Shown here: positions 9,894 to 18,142 of the stretch, one piece after another
Layout: every line of letters begins with the position of its first letter
How positions within the stretch are numbered: position 1 is the stretch's first letter
Assembly: GCF_001194135.2 (NCBI RefSeq)
Contig: NC_068982.1
Coordinates: forward strand, 133,032,721-133,067,784
Direction: 5' to 3'
DNA length: 35,064 bases
DNA from: Octopus bimaculoides
Taxonomy: Eukaryota
Made by a program: the position numbers and the translations under genes
The notes under the pieces: model-generated
Databases searched by the model: none
What the model was told of the DNA's origin: nothing
Seen by the model: the letters and a program-made list of their open reading frames with translations, nothing else

Positions 9894-12704
9894 TGTTATA
9901 GGGAAATAGTAATAACGGTACACTCCTCCCACGTAACAAGTGGTATGACATAGTCACAATAAATAGGAGAGTAAAGAGACAGTAAGGAGAGTACATAGGT
10001 GGTGGTCGAGAGACAGTCGTGTCTTTACTTGTGTTACTAAGTATACTGTATACTGAAGTGGGCGTTATTATAATCTGACATCTTAAGGATTATAACAGTG
10101 GTGACGAGGATTTAAGCAACTCAAAAGGAATTAATAAACTCAATGAGGATAAAAGCAATTTACATGGAGTTAATAGAAACTCAAAGAGGAATTAATAAAC
10201 TCATAAAAGTTTGTTGCATGAATTTTACGAAAAATAATTGTAAATTATGGAAAATTTGTTGGTCAGTTTGCTCAAGTTGCAAAAATAAGAACTGAAGGAA
10301 CAACAACAACAACAGCAGATACAACTGCAAGGGCAACAACAGAAGCGACAACAACAACAAATGACATTACAGTAACAAATGCGGCAATTACTGAAGTTGT
10401 TAAGAAAGTTAGAAAAAGTGTTCTCAACAGACTATGTCACAAACTCCATAACAGAGTTCAAATACGAACCTGACAAAAGAGTTACCCTCAAAGCATACTA
10501 CAGAAGATATGAGCAAGTCTTTGATAAAGACTGAAAAGATTGGGACAACAAGCTGAAAACATGCTTAATCTTGAGAAAACTGGGAACAGTAGAACATGAA
10601 TGATACAGTAATTATGTACTCCCAAGAAAACCTTTGAACATAAACTTTAATGACACAATAGATATATTGTATAAAATTTTCAGTGAAAAAAAGCTAATAG
10701 TTCAACACATGTTAGAAGTGTCTGAATATAGAGAAAAACAATGGCAAGGACTACATCACTTATGCTGGTAGAGTAAACAGGAAATACAAGAAGTTTAAGC
10801 TGGATTAATTATCACCACACATGTTCAAATGCCTGATTTTTACACAGGGATTTACTGCTAAAAAGGATACAGAAGTTAGAACTAGAATTCTCACAAAGCT
10901 AGAACAAAACTAGGATGTAATTCTATAGCAGGTGACAAGAATATGAAAGGATAGTCAAATTAAGATATGACACAGAGGAAAATGAATATAAAGATTGTTT
11001 CCAAGTAATGCAAGTGCAAAATAGTCAGAATAAAGGTAAAGTGTTTTCTAAAAAAAATATGACAAAAATCAGGAACTAAACCCATGTTTTGCATGTGGAG
11101 GTCTGCACCTGAGAAAAAATTGTCCATTTAAGAAAGTGGAGTGTTTTCAATTTGGTAATATCAGACAAATAAAGACACATGGTAGAACGAAGATGATCAA
11201 ATGTCAGAAAAAAGGTAGGAGATTAAATCGTATGTCATTGGAAGAAATTGGAAATATAACGATGAGAAAATTCATAAAGGTGAAAACCAGAAATACAATT
11301 GTTAAAATGTAGTTGGACATGGATAGTGACATTACTATTATAAACGAAAAACATGGAAATATGTAAATAAGCCAAATTTAATAAAATCTAAAAAGGTAGC
11401 ACATGGTGTTACAGGAAAAAGATTATATTTGGGGGAATTTGAATGTAAAGTAACCTTTCAAAACCAAACAAAAAAGGCAAAAATTTGTGTTGAAAGATTC
11501 ACTTAATTTATTCACCATAGAATGGGTGGAACTATTTAAATTGTGGGACATTCCTGTAAGTGTTCTGTCTGTAAATTTAGTCAGTTCAGTCAAAAGATCG
11601 AATGAGGCTGAAAGACAGAAACAAAAAATTAAAATATTATTTCCCAATGTTTTTTTGGAAGAATTGGGTTGTTGTACAAAAAACAAAATCTAAGATCGCT
11701 GTAAAGCAAAGTACAACACCGGTATTTAGGCCAAAAAGGAATGTACCATTCACAGCAATAGACTAGATTAACAAAGAACTCAAATGACTGGAAAGCAATG
11801 GTAGTATTGAAAAGATGAACCACACAGACTAGGCAGCATTGACAGTTTATGTGACAAAAGAAGAATAACAAACTAAGTGTTTGTGCAGATCTTTCAACAG
11901 GGTTGAATGATTGTCTAGTTGCACATAACTACCCATTGCCCAGTCCGAAGGAAGTGTTTGGAAAGTTGGAAAGTTGAATGGAGGGGAGTTCTCTACATTG
12001 GACCTACTGGAGGTGTATCTACAAATACAAGAAGGGAAGTTTGGCCAAAAGTAGATGTTCTGTGGTCAAAACTACACATTGATTTTGTTGGTCCTCTAAA
12101 CGATTCATACTACTTAGTGGTAGTTGATAGTTTTACCAAAATGGCCTGAAATTTATAAGTGTAAAAAACCAACCTCCTCAACCGTAATAAATCTTTTATA
12201 CGAATTGTTTGCAAGATTTGGCATCCGGACAAGATAATGTCTGACAATGGAAAGCAATTTGTGTCTAGTGAATTGAAAAAAATTTGTGAATTATTCACAG
12301 TAGAACATATAACTACAGCATTATACTATCCTAAATCTAATGGACAAGCAGAATGCTTTGTTGATACCTTCAAAAGAGCCCTGAGAAAATCAAATAAGGA
12401 AGTCACGGATGAAGTAGCTCTAGAACAATTTTTAAGAGTGTACCGTGTGAAGCTAAATTTGAAAACACCAGCAGGTAGCTCACCAGCAGAGCTGATGTTT
12501 GCAAGGAAAGTAAAATCAGTTTTTGATAAATTGCTACCTGGCAAGAAAAGAAAAAGTGCCAGGGAAGATATAGTAAGATTTTCTATAGTTGGTGATAAGG
12601 TGTATATGAGGACACACAAAAATGGAAAGCAGAACTGGGAAGTGGGCAAAATTACCAAATACATGTTTTTATTATAAAGTGACACAAGAACAATATACAT
12701 ACCT

Positions 12705-12750
<46 letters not shown>

Positions 12751-13366
12751 ACACACACACACAGGTAGACAGTGAGGTTAATAGCCTCTGGCTAACTTCA
12801 CAAAGCATTGCCTCCTCATTTACAATGATGTATTGGGTAAAAAGTAGAAAAGGCATACAAAAGAAACACAGGAACCAACTGAAAAAGAGATTCATAGAAA
12901 GCGAACCAAAAAAGTCGGAAGAACCAATGGAATGATTGCACAATATATTCCAAGTATCAATGCCACTACAGGTGATCGAACCCAGGCATACAAGTGAGAG
13001 GAAAAGAAAACATACAGAATTCTTGAAAATAGATACCAAGCAAAAAAAATTAAATTGTATGGAAAAAAAACTCAAAAAAGGGAGGTGGGGTGAATAAAAA
13101 TAATTATTACTAAATAAAATAATACTCCCACATAAAAACTTAAAAGGGGAGATATTGTAGGTAATAATGATACACTCTTCCATGTGACAAGTGGTATGAC
13201 ATGGTCACTATAAATAGGAAAGTACAAGACAGTAGAGAGCATGTAGCAGGCAGTTGAGAAATAGTCATGTCTTTACTGGTGTTACTAAGTATACTGTATA
13301 CTGAAGTGGGCATTATTGAAATCCAACATTTTAAAGATTATAACAGTGGTGATGAGGGTTATAACA
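9894..13366 (+). mobile_element. Internally deleted Ty3/Gypsy LTR retrotransposon (Mag/K02A2.6-like)
   Basis: LTRs lie at 9894-10097 (TGTTATA...TATAACA) and 13153-13345. The PBS is TGGTGACGAGGAT, the PPT is AAAAGGGGAGA, and the TSD GTTGG is at 9889-9893 and 13367-13371. Coding remnants are gag FKYEPD...YRRYE, knuckle CFACGGLHLRKNC (11085), protease LDMDSDITII (11313), RT up to LDL..YLQI, then a jump to integrase HIDFVGP...SDNGKQF...SNGQAE. Confidence 0.95.
12700..12761. repeat. (CA)n microsatellite inside the Gypsy element
   Basis: Directly visible. Confidence 0.95.
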
Positions 13367-14113
13367 GTTGGCTCTAGACTTGTGAAGCTTACATCTTCTT
13401 CGTGCTTCTGTGATCTTATTCTGTTCATAGAAGTGGCACCTCTGTTGGTGCAGCTACACCAGGCAAAGCAGTCCTGTGCCTGCATTTCCTGGGTGTCAGC
13501 ATTGATCTGAGTGCACTTCAGTGAGGTTTTGAGTGTATCTTTGAAGTGCTTTTTCTGCCCACCTTGTGTGTGCTTCCCTTCTGCCAATTCACTCTCCAGA
13601 TCTGTGAATATCGACAATGAAGCTGACACATACTTCACAAAGGGAAGCTCAGCATGCAGGTGGCTATGAAAATCAGTATGGCAGAGGAGAGGCATTAAGC
13701 TGGCCACCAAGTTGAAGATGTACAAAGAAGTTGTACTGCCTACACTACTGTATGCCTGTGAGACTTGGACAGTTTACAAACACCATGCCAAATGGCTAAA
13801 CTGCTTCTGCATGAAGTGTCTGAGAAAGCCAATGAAAATCACCTGACACAGTCCCAGACACATACGTCTTCTTTTGAGTTGATCAGCCAAACATTTCTGC
13901 TCTGCTGAGGAGAGCACAGGTTAGGTGGGCAGGTCACCTTGTTTGAATGCCTGACACATGGCTACCCCAAAAACTGTTTTACAGTCAACTGGCAGTAGGC
14001 AACTGGAACACATGTGAATAAGCTAGAAAACACACTGAAAATACAGAATACAAACACTGGAATACACAAGGATGATTGGAATACACATGGATAACACTTT
14101 ATAATGATCTTAC

Positions 14114-14293
14114 TTGGTATAATGATTTCTTTTCATAATCTAGCTTCTTCTCCAAATTAACATTTCCAGAATCGTCTATTTTAAAATAACTGTTATCAGC
14201 TTTACTTTCCAGTTCATAATTAATTTTAGCATTAACACCAAAATCTTTGTCTGTTATGATGACTGTATATATTTTAGTGCCAGGACATGTTGA
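14114..14293 (-). CDS. Cadherin exon, 180 nt (phase 0-0)
   Basis: Acceptor tttgcAG. Translates as STCPGTKIYTVIITDKDFGVNAKINYELESKADNSYFKIDDSGNVNLEKKLDYEKKSLYQ, followed by a GTAAGA donor. It is in frame with both neighbouring exons. Confidence 0.95.
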
Positions 14294-14437
14294 CTGCAAA
14301 GAAGAAAGAAAAATTAAACAAATATTAGAAAAATATTTTTGAAAATTGTCATTGTTTTTATATCATTGGCAAGGGATTTGATTTGGCATTGTGTATCAAT
14401 GCAGAATTTGTATATTGGTACAGCTGTTTATATTTAT

Positions 14438-14910
14438 CATGTGCCTGGTGTACCCGTCTGATAAGGGTACACCAGGCACATGCATCACAATGATCTTATA
14501 CCAAGATAAACAGCACATGAGCTTGAAGGTGGAGCCCAGTTAGAATTTTCTACAGGTTGAGTAGCCCATCCTGCTCAAAAGGTTCCTGAATAAGATTTGT
14601 TTAAGGATGATGAACAAAATACCCATTTCCAGAGGTGAATTGTTCAAATGCCAAATAATTTCTCTCAACACATGATTATGATGCTTCCCCACTACTTCTG
14701 CTTGTGGTCAGAGATGCACATATCATCAGCCACTAAGAGATGTGCTCAAGTGGTTAAGGTCAAGCAACTGACAAGCAAATTTGTGGTATGGAGCAGAATA
14801 TTTGCTGTAGCCCATCTTTTATATCAAGACAAAACAATGTACATCACACTTCCAATCAGTTAAAATCAGAAGCCATGAGGGCCACTGCCTGGTACCGCAT
14901 CAGGGCATTA
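14438..14910. repeat. Unclassified interspersed repeat with a terminal 18-bp hairpin, abutting a (TTA)n tract
   Basis: It is more GC-rich than its flanks, has a perfect inverted repeat at 14438-14482 and ends at a TTA/TCA microsatellite. No ORF was recognised. Confidence 0.45.
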
Positions 14911-15243
14911 CTATTATTATTATGATTATTATTAATTTATCATCATCAATAATATTAATGCGCTAACTTTTTGTTTTTGTACGTACCTGTGGTGTGTGTC
15001 ACATTTCAAAGAAGTGGCAAAGCAAGAGAGAGGAGGACAGAGAGGAAGCAAGAGAAAGAGAGAGAGAGTGAGAGTGAAAGAGAAAGTGGGCGGTGACGCC
15101 ATTCATTGCAAGAGAAGTAGATACATAGATACATATACACATTGTTAAATCAAAAGCAGGAGAGAAGAGGGACAGCAGATACTTACACACAGCAAATATT
15201 GGACACCAATTTCACATCTGAAGGCAACTAAACTCCAGTCAGT

Positions 15244-15246
<3 letters not shown>

Positions 15247-15289
<43 letters not shown>
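15247..15289. repeat. (AG)n microsatellite
   Basis: Directly visible. Confidence 0.95.
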
Positions 15290-15292
<3 letters not shown>

Positions 15293-15339
15293 AAACTTAA
15301 TTGTGGACTATCTGACACTTACTGTCTGTCTCTCTCCCT

Positions 15340-15690
15340 CTCTCTCTAGGTATGTTTGTGTATGTGTATGCATGTATGTGTGGCCCGCTGGATCTCTCTC
15401 GGCATACCAGTAAACCACAAATTCGCACCAGCCAGCATCACCACTACCTCCAACCCCATCATATATATATGTATGTGCTTGTGTCTGTGTTTGTCCCACC
15501 ACCACCGTTGCTTCACACTGATGTTGGTGTGTTTGCGTCTCTGTAATTTAGCTGTTCAGCAGAAGAGGCTGATAGAATAAGCATCAGGCTTAGAGGGAAT
15601 AAGTCCAAGGGTCAATTTCTTCGACTAAAGGGCGGTGCTCTAGCATGGCCACCGTCAAATGACTGAAACAAGTAAATGAATAAAAGAATA
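15340..15690 (+). mobile_element. SINE family 2, body and tail (head missing)
   Basis: Matches 25850-26070 (CTTCACACTGATGTTGGTGTGTTT...GGCGGTGCTCTAGCATGGCC...AAATGACTGAAACAAGTAAA). Confidence 0.7.
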
Positions 15691-15865
15691 CCAGAAAAAC
15701 GTTCCATACCACTAAACCAAGAAGGTTCTTTGAATATGTACAATGTATTCTAAGGTTAAATAGTAATTCCGTTAATGTTTGTGTTACAGATATTTTGTTT
15801 GGATTATATAGTCATTGGTATTACATTACTTTCTATATTCTGTAACTTTCACAATATACTTTTCT

Positions 15866-16005
15866 AGGCCTGAAATTTTTGTGGGGAGGGAACCAGTTGA
15901 TTAGATTGACTCCAGTACACAACTGGTACTTAATTTATCGAGCCTCAAAAGATGAAAGGCAAAGTCAACTTCGGCAGAATTTGAACTCAGAACGTAAAGA
16001 CAGAC
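15866..16005 (-). mobile_element. SINE family 1, partial
   Basis: Reverse complement of the B-box and downstream body (GTTCTGAGTTCAAATTCTGCCGAAGTTGACTTTGCC). Confidence 0.8.
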
Positions 16006-16126
16006 AGTCATAATATACAAACATTTCTCATTGCACCAGTACACTATTTACAGATGCTTACATTTTTAATGTTTTCCATGAATTTTTCACGGGTCCAGCT
16101 AGTTATTATTATTATCATTATAATAA

Positions 16127-16395
16127 GGTAGTGAGCTAACAGAATTGTTAGCGCACTGGACGAAATGCTTAGTGGTATTTCACCCGTCACTACATTCTGA
16201 GTTCAAATTCTGCTGAGGTTGACATAACCTTTATTCCTTTCGGTGTCGGTAAAGTAATTTACCAGTTGAGTACTGGGGTCAATGTAATAGACTATCCCCC
16301 TTCCCCAAACTTCAGGCCTTGTGCCTATAATAGAAAGGATTATTATTATCATTATTATGATTGTTATTATGAAATATTATTATCATTATTATATG
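16127..16395 (+). mobile_element. SINE family 1 with (ATT)n tail
   Basis: Full head with B-box GAGTTCAAATTC, body, and a TTA/TCA tail. Confidence 0.85.
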
Positions 16396-16960
16396 AAACC
16401 TCACAGTTTATTTTGCTGGATATGATGGAAAATATCAGCTGTTCACACCCTGCAGATTAAGGTGACACTTGTTGACTGGTCATGCTTCAAGAAACCTGCA
16501 AAGAATTCTTGCAGTTCTAAGCAATGCTGATTTTTGTAGGTGTTCTACCTTCACACTTGCACCCATCTTTTTTAGCCATGTTGGTAGTTGAGTGCTGATA
16601 CTTCTAAGTGCACCAATTACTGTTGGTATCACATCTGCTCTCCTCATTGACCACAACCTTCATATTTCCCACTTAAAATCATCATAGTTTAATTTTCCTT
16701 CTTCTTTCACATGATCCTATTGTCACTGGAGAATACCATGTCGATGATCATACATGTTCTTTCTTTTTTATTCATCACAACAATGTCCGGTTTTCGACAT
16801 CTGGTTGGGTGGTCACACTGGATCATTGTATCCCACATTGTTTTGCGATTCTCATCCTAGGTGACTCCTTCTGGAGTTTGCTCATACCATGACTTTGCTC
16901 TTTGTAGGCCATGATTTTCACAGAGTTCCTAATGGATCATTCTTGCCACATTGTCATGAC
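16396..16960 (-). mobile_element. R4/Dong-type non-LTR 3' fragment (restriction-like endonuclease), copy A
   Basis: Translates as HDNVARMIH.ELC...WYEQTPEG...RKPDIVV...IID...VIGAL...VEHLQKSALL, with AAT-like repeats on both sides. Confidence 0.85.
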
Positions 16961-16981
16961 TATTATCATTATTATTATTAA

Positions 16982-17070
16982 GGTGACAAGTTGGTACATT
17001 TGTTAGCATGCCAGGCTAAATGCTTAGTGGTATTTCGCCTGCCGCTATATAATGAGTTCAAATTTGGCCC
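16982..17070 (+). mobile_element. SINE family 1, head only
   Basis: TTGTTAGCATGCCAGG...AAATGCTTAGTGGTATTTCG...GAGTTCAAATT. Confidence 0.7.
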
Positions 17071-17074
17071 TGTT

Positions 17075-17236
17075 ATCAACTTTTTTTCAACAATCTGAGT
17101 ACGCCATGAGGTTTCTAGACATTAGTTCTACTCACATGTCGAGTTTCATCAAAATTAATAAAACGATGTAGGTGGAGTTAGCTAACAACTCCACAAACAA
17201 ACCCACAGACAGAATTTCACACATATGTAGTAGATA
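17075..17236 (+). mobile_element. Possible Helitron/Helentron-associated (HINE/Lep1-like) end
   Basis: GAGTTTCATCAAAAT...ACAAACAAACCCACAGACAGAATTTC...GTAGAT resembles such termini. Recognised from memory only. Confidence 0.3.
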
Positions 17237-17308
17237 AACAGCAGTTTGCAATATTTCACCAAAAAGGAGAATTATAATTGTCACTAAATTTTACTAAGGT
17301 ATGAGAAA

Positions 17309-17690
17309 ACATTGCTAGAAATAAGAGCTAAGATGCTCTAATGCTGTAGTCAACACACATAAATGAAAACATGTATGCTAACAGAAGTCTTAATCATCCA
17401 AAAAGTGCTGACCAAGAATTTCCTATACTGACATCAGTTTCACAATTTCCATTTGCCTCCTTAATAGGGACTGGCTTGAACATTCGGCTCCTTTTGGCTA
17501 GCTTCCAGATTAGCATAAATGTATGTTTGCCTATTGAAGAGGCAAGTGGAGATTGCCAAAACTGATGTCAGTATAGGTAATACCTGATAGGCACTTTTCA
17601 GATAATTAAGGTCCCTGTTAGCATATATGTTTTCATTTATGTGCATTGACTACAGCATTAGAGCATTTTAGCTCTCATTTCTAGCAATGT
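17309..17690. repeat. Long inverted repeat (about 160-bp arms, 61-bp spacer), probable MITE
   Basis: 17309-17468 is the reverse complement of 17530-17690 with scattered mismatches. Confidence 0.9.
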
Positions 17691-17783
17691 AGGTGTTTTC
17701 TTACATCCAAGTCATATTTAGGTGTCCATGTATATCGTTGGTGATTTTCGTCCTCCAGCTTCCTTTCTATTAGACTTTCCTCT

Positions 17784-17818
17784 GTTTCTGAAGAAGAGCA
17801 TTGCTCAAAATATTAAAC
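17784..17818 (+). ncRNA. Decayed minimal hammerhead motif, homologue of 6776-6812
   Basis: GUUU-CUGAAGA-A-GAGC(AUU)GCUC-aAAA-uaUU/AAAC. G12 and the ACGU palindrome are lost at CpG sites. It lies in a fragment (about 17700-17915) that ends at (TA)n. Confidence 0.6.
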
Positions 17819-17912
17819 CACCTTTCTTTCCTTCCCTGAGCGTCTGCTAATACTTTACATGAACCACATCCTCGTATAGTTGTTTTTCTTGTTGTTGTTC
17901 TTTTTTAAGATT

Positions 17913-17967
<55 letters not shown>

Positions 17968-18142
17968 TANNNNNNNNNNNNNNNNNNNNNNNNNNNNNNN
18001 NNNNNNNNNNNNNNNNNNNNNNNNNNNNNNNNNNNNNNNNNNNNNNNNNNNNNNNNNNNNNNNNNNNNNNNNNNNNNNNNNNNNNNNNNNNNNNNNNNNN
18101 NNNNNNNNNNNNNNNNNNNNNTATATATATATATATATATAT

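Larger units (their letters stand above)
9785..14002. mobile_element. BovB-like RTE 3' fragment with an inverted 5' part, split by the Gypsy insertion
   Basis: Plus strand 13592-14002 reads LSRSVNIDNE...LPTLLYACETW...RWAGHL...LFYSQLAVG. Minus strand 13593-13367 then 9893-9785 reads SELAEGKHTQGGQKKHFKDTLK...KSR|ANSLP. Confidence 0.85.
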
